From Chrysochromulina tobinii (lineage: Eukaryota): a stretch of DNA of 64,000 nucleotides. Of the stretch, positions 53,964 to 64,000 are shown piece by piece. The first letter of the stretch is position 1. The number at the start of each line of letters is the position of its first letter. The notes below the pieces were generated by a model. That model did not search any database, had not been told where the DNA came from, and saw only the letters and a program-made list of their open reading frames with translations. The stretch covers positions 1 to 64,000 of the forward strand of contig JWZX01003352.1 of the NCBI GenBank assembly GCA_001275005.1, written 5' to 3'. Position numbers and translations under genes: made by a program.

Positions 53964-55850
53964 ATGCCGGCACCGCTTGCAGTGCCTGCCCCGCTTCCGC
54001 AGCCTGTGGCCGAGGACGACAAGAAGACAGACGCTGCGACGGACGCTGCTACGGAGGATGCTACGACGGGGCTTGAGGACCTGACCCCTGCGGAGCTGGA
54101 GTCTGTGTACGTCGTACAGGCAGACGCCGAACAAGACGCCCTCGTTACTGGCTCAGTTGACGAGCCAGTTTCGGGCATCGTCATCTCGTACATGCTGCAG
54201 GACGACATCCGCCAGTCCAAGATGCTCGACAACAAGAACCTCAAGGAGGTGGACGCACTCACAAAGACGATTGACGATCAGGTTCCCGAGGAGCATATCG
54301 AAAACATCACGCTCGAGGAAGTTGAAAAGGTTGACAAGCAGGCAATCGAGGATAAGCTGGATAAAATGATGGAGCTGTACGACAACGTGAACCTCATGGA
54401 GGCGATGCTTGAGCAGTCGCTGCAGCCCGAGGGTGACGACGCCGTCCCGTATACTCTCGACGAGCTCACTGTGAAAGACGCGGAGGTCACGGCTGGGATG
54501 GAACCGGCGGTCGCGGCGGCTGTGTACACCAAGTACGGCTGCCTTCCGATCGCCGCCGGTGGACCCTTGGCGATCAGGGAGCTCGCGCAATCGTACATTG
54601 CATCGTCCGACATCGACGACTCGTTTTACATCATGGACCTCGGCAACGTCCAGCGCTTGTATGATGCGTGGCACGCGGCGATGCCCCGCGTCAAGCCGTT
54701 CTACGCGATGAAGTGCTCGCCGATGCCCGCCCTGATCGACGTGCTCGCCGCAAACGGCTGCGGCTTTGATTGTGCCTCGGCGGCCGAGATCCAGCTCGCG
54801 CTCGACGCCGGCGTCTCGCCCGACCGCATCATCTTCGCCCACCCGGCCAAGCGGCCGTTTGACATCCGTTTCGCCGCGTCCAAGGGCGTGACCATGACCA
54901 CGTTCGACTCCATCATTGAGCTCGACAAGATTGCCAAGTGGCACCCGGACGCGCAGTGCGTCCTCCGCATCCGCGCCGATGACCCCGAGGCTGGCATCTC
55001 GTTTGGCATCAAGTACGGTGCGAACCTCGACGAGTACGAAAACCTCATCTCCCATGCGAGAGACATCGGCCTCGACATGATCGGGGTCTCGTTCCACGTC
55101 GGCTCACTTGCCAAATCGGGCAAGGCCTTCTACCGCGCCATCGAGTGCGCACGCAAGGCCTTCGATGTTGGCACCGCCTGCGGTTTCCACTTTTCGCTCC
55201 TCGACATCGGCGGCGGCTTCACAGGGCGTTTCAACTCATTTGGAATCGTCCAGTCGATGGTCGGCGAGATCCCAGCCTACATTAACGAGGCGCTCGAGAA
55301 ATTTTTCGGGCCGGACACGCCCTACTCCGACCTGAGAGTCATCGCCGAGCCTGGGCGCTACTTTGCCGAAGCGTCGATGCATCTCGCCTGCCACGTGCAC
55401 TCCGTGCGCAACCGCCTCGATCGTGCCTCGGATGACGAGCCCGACGTGCTCATCCCGACGTGTGACTACCTCATCTCCGACGGCCTGTACGGCTCGTTCA
55501 ACTGCGTCGTGTACGACGGCGCGAAGCCTCGCGCCTGGCTCCTCCCGGGGCCCAACCTGCCCCCGATGGACACCGTGCTGATGCGTTCTACGGTCTTCGG
55601 CCCCACATGCGACTCGATGGACTGCGTCTTCAAGGACGTCATGCTGCCCCAGCTGCGTGTGGGCGACTGGCTCCTCTTCCCGCACTTTGGAGCGTACACC
55701 CTCGCCGGCGCCACCAACTTCAACGGCATCCAGAATGCGAACCCGAGCCTGTTTTACGTCTGCTCTCAGTCCTCGGTGGACGAAGAGAACGCGGTGGTCA
55801 TGTGGGCCTGTGAGATGGAGAAGGCGCCCTCGCAGATCGTAGCCACATGA
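53964..55850 (+). CDS. ODC1: Ornithine decarboxylase (group IV PLP enzyme) with long acidic N-terminal extension
   Basis: PFYAMKC (PLP Lys), GFDCAS, KYGA, GVSFHVGS, LDIGGGF, AEPGRYF, DGLYGSFNC, GPTCDSMD, GAYT, FNG. Confidence 0.9.
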   Translation: MPAPLAVPAPLPQPVAEDDKKTDAATDAATEDATTGLEDLTPAELESVYVVQADAEQDALVTGSVDEPVSGIVISYMLQDDIRQSKMLDNKNLKEVDALTKTIDDQVPEEHIENITLEEVEKVDKQAIEDKLDKMMELYDNVNLMEAMLEQSLQPEGDDAVPYTLDELTVKDAEVTAGMEPAVAAAVYTKYGCLPIAAGGPLAIRELAQSYIASSDIDDSFYIMDLGNVQRLYDAWHAAMPRVKPFYAMKCSPMPALIDVLAANGCGFDCASAAEIQLALDAGVSPDRIIFAHPAKRPFDIRFAASKGVTMTTFDSIIELDKIAKWHPDAQCVLRIRADDPEAGISFGIKYGANLDEYENLISHARDIGLDMIGVSFHVGSLAKSGKAFYRAIECARKAFDVGTACGFHFSLLDIGGGFTGRFNSFGIVQSMVGEIPAYINEALEKFFGPDTPYSDLRVIAEPGRYFAEASMHLACHVHSVRNRLDRASDDEPDVLIPTCDYLISDGLYGSFNCVVYDGAKPRAWLLPGPNLPPMDTVLMRSTVFGPTCDSMDCVFKDVMLPQLRVGDWLLFPHFGAYTLAGATNFNGIQNANPSLFYVCSQSSVDEENAVVMWACEMEKAPSQIVAT

Positions 55851-56414
55851 CATCGCTCTCGCGCGTGCATCCTCCTTCGCCGAAAGACTCGTTGCTCTCG
55901 CAAGTGTGCGCGGAAGGGTTTGGCGAAGACATGTGGAGGCTGGGTGAGCGCACCATGTTGAACCACCGCACTTTGGGTCCGCGGTGCCGCGTATGCCGTA
56001 TCCGCGTATGAACCGACGACCGCACGGTGGGCGGCTGTAAAGGGCCACAGCCGAATGACTCAGTGGTACAAGTGGAGCGTACTGTATAAGTGTGCTCGGG
56101 TGTAGGCTGAAGTAGGCTGTAACGGATAGGCCGGGTTCGGTTGGGCTCGGGGTCGGATCTTGTGTACCTGTACACGACGTGGAGTCCCTGGGGAGGGGGA
56201 TCTTCGGAACTCGATGGCCGGTGTTCGTGTTGGCGGTCCCAACATGTTCCGCACCGTCAAACCGCGATCCCGATGACGATTTTCCGAGTAATATGGCGTT
56301 TTAAAACTGTCGATAATACTGTCGAGTAGGGCGCGAGAGAAGCGAGAAGGGAGCGCCTTCGCGTTGATGTGCGGCCCGCCCTCTCGCGTCGCGCGACCGG
56401 TTATTCCGTGAGCG

Positions 56415-59400
56415 TTACCGCTGCCCAGTTACGACCTGATGCTGATACCTCTCGAGAGTGCCACAAACTCGTCTTCTCTGAGCTTCACAAAGTAACTCTG
56501 CCAACGCAGCCCGTCGCGCCCCACACATGCGCTCCCACTCGCGATCCTGCTTTGGCACGAGACTCGGCTTTGTATGGCTTTGGCATGCCCGTTGCCCGCC
56601 CGGCTGCCGCGTGGGAAGTGCGGGCAGCGACAGCGAAGGGGCCATCGGACGCTGAAGCCGCGTCGCCGTGTGTGGCGTGGCCGTGCGGATCACGTTTTCG
56701 AGCACCCCGAACTCGAGCCGCTCGAGGGCTGCCTGTGTCTCGCGGCTGATGACCGTCACCGGCAGGCCGTACGGAGAGCAGCCCCCCCCGCCGCTGACGC
56801 CGCGCTTGCACCCGCGTGCAATGATATCGTCGAACTCGGTCTTCGTCGGGGGCGAGAGGACCGTGCTGAGGTGCGTGGACGGTCGCGGACTATGACTTCT
56901 CGCCTCGGGGCGACGAGGGCTGGTGAGGCCCCGCAGCAGCACGGCCATCCCTTGATTCCACTCGCACGCCGTACGTGCCGTACGGCTTGTTTGCGCCTCC
57001 AAGTTTCCCGCCAAGACATGTTCACCCATCTCGATCGGCGCCGTACATGCCGACGCCGCCGCCGCTCCTCTCGACGCTGCTGCGACACTCGATGCGGGCC
57101 CTCGCACGGCCTCGGCCTGCTCGTCGAGGGCTTGAGCTGTACGCCGAGAAGGAGATGCGCCGAGAGATACACTTGCCTCCTCGTCGAGGGCTTCTGTGGA
57201 TGGCGCACGCCCTGATCTTGCTTGCTGCCGGCGCTCCAGCATCACGAGCAATCGCTCCGTCTGGTACAGCGGCACGATACGCGCGCCCCCGAGCCGGCCG
57301 CCAGGTGCACCATCCTTGAGGGTGAGCGGGATGGGCGTCATGGTGAGCTCGTGGAGCGCGGCGAGGCACTGTCGGCGCTGCTCACCCTGCTGCCGCCCGA
57401 GGGCGACCAGTCGAGCCTGGCGACGCGCGGCGAGGCGCCGCTTGCCCATCGCTGCCTCGAGCCGCTCGCCGAGCGCCACGAGTCGCTTCTCATGCGCCGC
57501 CAACTTCGAGCGCACGTACTCGTCGTCATCGATCCGAGGCCGCTCCGAGAGGGGAACCGATGGGCCGCTTGTAAGGCCACTTGGCGGCCCGTCGCCCTTG
57601 CTGGGCTGGGCATGGAGCCGCTTGGCTTGCAAATCGGGTGGCGGCTTGGCGCGCTGTCGGCCGAGGTCGAGCAGCGACGCGTACTCTCCCCCGATGAATC
57701 GTTTGAATTCATCCGCCTGCGCGCGTAGTCGCATCATTTGCGTCCATTACTGTCAATCAGGGACCATCGTGCAATCAGGGACCCTCTTGACGCAATCAGC
57801 CTATCAGCGACCCTCAGAAGCAAACACCTGCACCGCATCCGAATCGTCCGCGTCGAGAACGCACCAGAGCGCCTTGAGCTGACCCTCGCTAAGCTCGGCC
57901 TTGCTGACGCGCAGCTTGGTGCGTGTGGCGTCCTGCAGCTCCTTGAACGTGACGAAGCCGCCTGCAGAGGCGAGAGAGGTGTCAACGTTCGGTGAGAGTT
58001 CGAACTCGTGCGAGATGAGAGGAGCGGCGCGGGCGAGAGGCCGAGCTTCGAGTCGCGCCGCTGTACTGCCGTCCACGTCCACACGCGCAAACAGCTGGTA
58101 CCATGAGTTCGCCTTAGAAGTTGCATGCGTGTCCCGGCCGCGCGAGCTTCCGATGCGGTGACGAAACTCCTCGAGCCGTCCACCGAAGAGTTTCGAAAGT
58201 TGAAGGAGTGCTGCCACCTCGGGCAGCTCCACCTGTGCGGCCTCGAGCTCGGCGCGCATGGCTGCGGTGGAATGGGAAGCGAGGGCGGTGCCGCGCGCTT
58301 GCAGCGGCGCTTGGAAGGCGTCGAAGGCTTGCCCCCTGACGGACCCTTTGCCGCCGAATTTTGGCTTCGAATTCTGAGGCGGTGCGAAGCGCTTGAGGAG
58401 CTTGGCGAGCTCATCGACCCGGATCGCGTTCGAATTGTCCGCATCGAGAGCGCACCAAAGGGCGCGAAGCCGTGCTTCCGACATCTCGGCCGGCGCGAGA
58501 TTGAGCTTCTTACGCACCACGATCTGGAATTCGTCAAAGGTGACTTCGCCACTCCCATCAACGTCAGCCTCGCGGAAGAGCGCGTACCTGATGAGGGAGA
58601 CCATCCGAGGTCATCAAAGGCGATCACAACAGTCATCCGAGGCCATCAAGCAGCCTCGCGGCAGAGCGCGCACCACGACGCGATGCCATTCGCGAGCTTC
58701 GTGCCGCGATGGCGCGCCTGCTCGAGCTGCTCGTAGAAAGTGCGCGCGATCGCATCCAGCTCAGCTTCGTCCGGCAGAGGCTCGCCAGCCGCCTCGAGCT
58801 CCGCCCGCATCACCTTTGTCGGCGCCGGCGCGAGCGCTTCGGAGGTCGCGATCTCGGAGAGCGCGCCGCCTTTGACGAATCCCTTGCCGCCGAAGCGCTG
58901 CCTGCTCCGCTTGGGCGGCGTGTACCGATCACGGAAGCTTTTAAACTCTGCTGGTCGTACCGAGTTGTCGTCGTTGGCATCGAGCGAGCAGAAGAGAGCC
59001 TTGAGCCTGTGTGCGGACAGCAGCTTGGGCCCCAACTTAAGCTGGGTTCGGATGGCCCTCTCAAGCTCATCGAACGTGATCACGCCGTCGCCCGACACGT
59101 CCAGCGCGGTGAAGAGGTTGTGCCACGACATCGTCCCTTGGTTCTTCGTGCCTATGCGAATGCGCACGGCCTCGAGCCTCTGATAGAACAGCTGGGCCAG
59201 CGTGGCAAGCTCCTCGTTCGAGGGAAGCGACATGCCCGCGGCCTCGAGTTCGGCACGCATCTCGCGCGTGGGCGTGGAGGCGAGCGCCTCCGACGTCGTG
59301 AGCGATGAGAACGCGCCGCCTTTGGCGAAGCTCTTCCCGCCAAATGTGGGGCCGTGACCACCCGACAGGCCGCCTCGTATGATGAAGCGCTTGAACTCCT

Positions 59401-59734
59401 CTGCTGCAACTGAGTCGTCATCATTGCCGTCGAGAGCGCACCAGAGCGCCTTGAGCGATGCTCGCGAGAAGTCCTTGGATGAGAGCTTGAGCTTGCTGCG
59501 CACGGCCACCTCGAGCTCATCGAACGTGATCACGCCAGATCCGTCCTCGTCGACCTGGCTGAAGAGCTGATGCCAAGAGATGGCGCCCTGGCTCTTCTCG
59601 CCGAGCTTGCTGCGCAGCGCTCCGAGCCGATCGATGAAGAGCTTGGCGAGCTCCGCGAGGCGCTCGTCATCGGGGAGGGCCGTGCCCACTGCCTCGAGCT
59701 CGGAGCGCATCTCGCGCGTAGGCGTCGATGCCAT
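56415..59734 (-). CDS. Repeat-built multi-EF-hand protein, about 1005 aa; exons 59734-58674, 58587-58067, 57961-57828, 57716-56415
   Basis: Four repeats (TREMRAELEAAG..LP / W..LF..xDxDGSGxITFDE / LKALWCALD.xDD); three GT-AG introns keep the frame (3018 nt). Confidence 0.78.
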
Positions 59735-59837
59735 CTCGTGAATGACAGGTTGCAAGTAACGAAAGTCCGCAAAAACTTTGACGAATGGTAACGTGTAACG
59801 TGACGGTGTTCATGATGCATGCGGTGACTGCGTTCCG

Positions 59838-60025
59838 CTACTTAGCCTGCTTGCTTCGTCCACCAGCGGCAGGTTGCTTGTGCTTTGCAAATGCCGCAAG
59901 CACTGAAGCGTCGTCCTCCTTATCGTCTTCGTCTTCGTCTGGGATGTTGAAAGCAGATTCCTCCTCCTTTGCCTCTTTGACCTGCTCTTTGCTCAACTCA
60001 TCCTCAACCTCCATGATTATCGTCC

Positions 60026-60070
<45 letters not shown>

Positions 60071-61526
60071 TGTCATCGTCCTCCTCCTCCTCCTCCTCCT
60101 CTTCCACCTCCTGGACAACCATGCCCACCTCCAATTCATCTGTGCCTTCCTCCCCGTTTGCCTCTGACTGCACCTCAGACCCAAGCTCCAACCGCCAATG
60201 GGCCGCCCGTGCATCACCATCGTCAACCTTGCCGCCTTCCGCCTCCGCCTCTTCCTCCTCCTCCTCCTCTTTCTCGTCGTTCCGTGACGAACGGTCGACA
60301 TCTCCGCCGCCCTGCTCCCCGCCGCCCTGCTCCCCCCCGCCGCCTCGCTCGTCCCCACTCCCTCGCGCACTCTTGCGACCCCAGCTCTGGACTTCTGCTG
60401 CGTCGACCTCCTCCGCGTCGATGACCACCACCCGCCGCGGCTTGACATTGGCCAGCGACCCATATTTTGAAAGCGCGCTGTAGTGGGCGTGACGCGGCCG
60501 GCCGAGCGCCCCCTTGACACGCGCACCCACAAACAGCACCATAGACAGCAGCAGGACGCATCCCCCCAGCAGCACAGTGAGTGCCTGCGCATGGTTCCAG
60601 AGCAGCACCGTCTGCGTGAACGCGAGGTAGGGCGCCGTGTCGCCGCTCAACACGACCGTTTGCAGCGCGGCGAGGAGCCCGACGGAGGTGCTCGGTACGG
60701 CGCTCGAGGAAGTACCCGGAAAGGCGCCGATCGACGCGCTCGAGAGCATACCAAGGATGGGCGGCAAGGGTGGCGGATGAGGGTCAGAGAAGCTCAGTGA
60801 CGCTGCGGTCCCTAGCAAGAAGCGCGGAGGGCCAGGCGGCGGCGGCGGCGGCGGCGTTGTGGGCGGCGGCGGCGGCGGGCGCGGCTGCGGCGGCACTGCG
60901 GGTGGTGGGCGGCGTGGCGGCGGACGCGGCGGCGGCGGGCCTGGGCTCGGTGGCTGGCGAGGTGGCGGTCGCGAGGGTGGCGGTGGTGGTGGTGGCGGAG
61001 CGTAGTGGCCGCACGCACGGATCTGTGGCGGCGAGCGCGGAAGCGCCGTTCGACACTCAAACATGAAATGGATTGTCAAGCCACGATCAGTCTTCTCGTT
61101 GCCCGCGCCGAGGGCGAGAGATAAACCGCCGTCCAAGCCCGAAGCGAGCGTGATCGTGCCCAGGGTCGCTGGGCTTAGTGCGTTGCACCCGCTCGGGCAG
61201 TTGCCGATGCCAATCTTCTCGCCGCGGACGAGCGGTGTCCGCAGCGCCACCAAGTTGACAGGACGCGACGCTGCGTCGCCGTAGTTGATCGCGTGCACGA
61301 TCGGCGCCTTCGCCAGGAAGGGCATTGAGTCAGGCAGCTCCACCTCGATGATTGAATCACCCACCCAATTTCGAATCGTGAGCGCCATGTCGAAGCCGAC
61401 GCTCCCGGTCGGCCCGTCCGCACCTCGATTGTCCCATGCAGCCTGAGTGCCGAAGCTCGCGGAGAGGTAGTTGCACGTGGATGGTGGCGACTTGGGCTGC
61501 CCGAGGAGCGGTTGCCAGCCGGTCAT
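59838..61526 (-). CDS. Pro-rich single-pass membrane protein with highly acidic C-terminal tail
   Basis: 562-aa ORF: N-terminal globular part, polyproline stalk, TM LTVLLGGCVLLLSMVLFVGA, and poly-Asp/Glu tracts. Confidence 0.7.
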
Positions 61527-62246
61527 GATGAAAAGAGAAATAGGAATCCGAAAAACCTCTCTCCCACCTTGGAAATTCCAGAGTATGCATGTGCATGTAA
61601 ATCATGCTGCAGTAGTGCAGTTACACAACGCGCGCTTCAACCTCCGGACCCCCAAGCGAGGGCCTCTATCGCTATGGACGGAGGTGTGATCAATCATAGC
61701 AACAAAGCGGCATATCACACAGAAAAGCTTTCCATATTCCGTGTAGTAAAATGGCAGTAATGCTAATGGAGAGAGACGAAGATTTGCAATCAAAAATGGA
61801 TTGTCAATCAAAAAAATTCATGCGGGGGCAAATTGCCTCACAAGCAAGCAAGCTAGGAACACAGTCAGTAGTCAGTCAGTTTCGTCGGATCGCCGCACGT
61901 CAAGGAGCCCGGCGCCCTGCATGCTGACGTCAATCGTCATCTACACACTGGCGCCTTGGGCTGTACAGGTAGCCGCGCTGCCGCCGCAGCCTCGATCGCG
62001 GCCTCGACATCACACCCAGAGCCACAGCCTCCTGGCTCCGGATGGACGTGAGAATGAGCTGTTCGAGCTCCGCCCGGGAGCACTTTGCAACGAGAACGTC
62101 AGCTGCCGCCAAGACGTGGCGAAGCAGGCGCACTCCCGACGAGCCTCCGGCAATGGCGTTGGCCGTTGGCCGTAGTACGGCGCTTCGCAGGCGGCCATTT
62201 TCTAAGACAGTAAGCGATGCGCGTGAGCGCGACTGTGGGCGTGGTT

Positions 62247-63470
62247 CTAGCCGCTCGCGCGGGTCGGGGCGAAGCGCTGGGCTTGCTTGAGCTGACGCTG
62301 AGCGTCCTGCTGCCGGATGTCGAAGGTACCCGGAGGGAAGACCCGTGGCACCTCCTTAGGGCGCGTGGCTTTCACGATGGGCACGCTCCCACCCTTGACC
62401 CATGAAAGTTCGTTCAGGGGGCCGCTCACCGGCGGCGGTTTCTCGGCCGCCGGTGCGGATTCGGACGGTTGGACTCCGCGGGCGGTTGCGCGCGCGACCG
62501 CTTCGCGCGCCGCGACCGTTACGGCGGCGGTTACGGCGGCGGCTAACGCCGGCGCCTGACGATCCTGCTCGTCGCGGTTGGCGGCCGTCTGCGAGCGCGT
62601 GACCGGGCGGAGCTTTCCCTTGTCGCCCGGCTGGCTGTAGGCTTCCGTACCGGAGAGCACGCCACGGATACCCATCGAATAGAGTTCGAGCAGCTCGTTG
62701 GCCTCGGACGCCTCGACGGCTTTCTTCTCCGCCTGCTGCCGCTTGAGCACTTCGCGCATCTTCGCAGCCTGCTGGTCCTTGACGAGCGCGCTACGGAGCT
62801 CCTCCGCAGAACAGCCGTCCGCTGTCTGCCGGCGCGTCACGCGCACGACCGTCTGTATCTGCGGCTGCGCCGGATCGAAGAGCACGCTGTGCTTGTAAAC
62901 ATCGCTCAGGTGGTCGCGCGCCGAGTGGCGCGGCAGCATCGGCGGAGCATCCTTCCGCTGCACCAGCGGATTGGCATCCGCGCGCGACAGCCACTCGACC
63001 GCCGGCATGACTTCGGTCGAGCGATCGCCGTCCACGCGCCGTTCGTAGCTTACCGAAAGATTTCGCATCTCCTCCTCGGCCGTCGGAACATTTGAGTACT
63101 CCCGCCGCGGATACTGCGTCGGCCCAGGCTTTAGGTCGCCGGTCGGCGACTCGCCGTCACGCATGCCGAGCCGCCGCTCGAGCGGCGAGCGCAGCGACGC
63201 CGAGTCGCGTTTCTGTGGGTCATTGAAAGAGACGGTGTTGGTCGACTTGAAGCGCGTCTTCCTTTCTGGCGCCCACACGTCTTTTTCGGCACCGGAGTGG
63301 AGGCCAGTGGTCGTGTACTCAGGCGGGTCAGGCTTCTGCGCAAACCGACCGAACTGCATGAGATGGCGTGGAGACCAAGCAGGGTGAAGATTGGAGCCGG
63401 GGCTAAAAATACGACCATGTTTTTGTAACTTTTCGTGCGTAACCGATCGCGCAAACATGCGAGGATGCAT
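62247..63470 (-). CDS. Hypothetical protein (start uncertain)
   Basis: Long ORF 62247..63524 with a central coiled segment; no recognisable domain. Confidence 0.6.
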   Translation of the reverse strand: MHPRMFARSVTHEKLQKHGRIFSPGSNLHPAWSPRHLMQFGRFAQKPDPPEYTTTGLHSGAEKDVWAPERKTRFKSTNTVSFNDPQKRDSASLRSPLERRLGMRDGESPTGDLKPGPTQYPRREYSNVPTAEEEMRNLSVSYERRVDGDRSTEVMPAVEWLSRADANPLVQRKDAPPMLPRHSARDHLSDVYKHSVLFDPAQPQIQTVVRVTRRQTADGCSAEELRSALVKDQQAAKMREVLKRQQAEKKAVEASEANELLELYSMGIRGVLSGTEAYSQPGDKGKLRPVTRSQTAANRDEQDRQAPALAAAVTAAVTVAAREAVARATARGVQPSESAPAAEKPPPVSGPLNELSWVKGGSVPIVKATRPKEVPRVFPPGTFDIRQQDAQRQLKQAQRFAPTRASG

Positions 63471-63606
63471 GCACAGCTGCCTTGCTCTTTCGGCACCGGT
63501 TTGCGGCGGCTGACAAGACTCCACCTACGAGCGATGATTGGCGATGATGCACGGTCGGACCGGAGTCTTCGCTGCACTGAAGCGACTGACTGAAGGCGCG
63601 ATTCCT

Positions 63607-64000
63607 CTATCGCATCGGCTCCCAGTCGTCCGGCTCTGAGTCACTCATCTCGAAAACGCGCGTGAGCTGCGCTGTGGGCGCTGCCGGCGCCGGCGCCGCA
63701 AAATCAGCCGTGAGCAGCGCCGAGAGCGGCTTGCCCTCGACCACCATGCCAAACCAGCAGATCTGGCCCAGTAGCAGACCGTTCACAGCGAGCCCAAAAG
63801 CGAACCCGGCCAGCAGCAGCGGATCCGAGCCTGCCAGCGCGATCGTGGTGAAGAGCCGCACCGAGCAGCCGGCACATGCGAGGCCCGCGGTCAGTGGCGA
63901 GTAGCCGCCGGGGCTTCTCCTCCGGAGATTCTGATAGAGCTGCGGGAGGAGGGCGCCCGTGTTCAAGAGGGTGGCCACCGTCTGGCCGAGCGCGACCACA
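63607..64000 (-). CDS. PQ-loop membrane protein, MPDU1/Lec35-like (5' part outside window)
   Basis: LLPQLYQNLRRRSPGGYSPLT...GCSVRLFTT...DPLLLAGF...NGLLLGQI. Confidence 0.75.
   Translation of the reverse strand, partial: VVALGQTVATLLNTGALLPQLYQNLRRRSPGGYSPLTAGLACAGCSVRLFTTIALAGSDPLLLAGFAFGLAVNGLLLGQICWFGMVVEGKPLSALLTADFAAPAPAAPTAQLTRVFEMSDSEPDDWEPMR

Overview
GC-rich, gene-dense eukaryotic DNA with spliceosomal GT-AG and GC-AG introns. Gene content and the (CAAGT)n / CTGAT-type intron repeats suggest an alga, possibly a haptophyte; this is inference only. About 28 protein-coding genes are supportable, including ABCF3/GCN20, several SAM methyltransferases, a GT32-like glycosyltransferase, a MATE transporter, mitochondrial ClpB/Hsp78, MPP-alpha, a RAB3GAP2-like protein, NTH1, an EXS protein, ornithine decarboxylase, an EF-hand repeat protein and an MPDU1-like protein. 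Three things stand out. (1) A recurring intron architecture: many introns contain an 18-50 nt copy of their own flanking exon, which often supplies a splice site. They are filled with branch-point-like microrepeats, and introns in unrelated genes share a 3' module (GCATGCAAGTGCTCACCACGGCG...CCACAG). Two introns are tandem stacks of smaller intron units. This looks like a recent duplication-coupled intron-gain system. (2) A gene of about 11 kb encodes a ZNFX1-like SF1 helicase with Cys/His repeats, a UIM, an RGG box, a RING and a C-terminal PARP-type ADP-ribosyltransferase; a single in-frame TAG lies upstream of the RING-PARP part. (3) A TRPV-like ankyrin channel is fused to an IQ-like motif and a complete calmodulin-like domain. 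No rRNA, tRNA, CRISPR or transposase was recognised. All exon boundaries were inferred by eye from splice dinucleotides and frame continuity.
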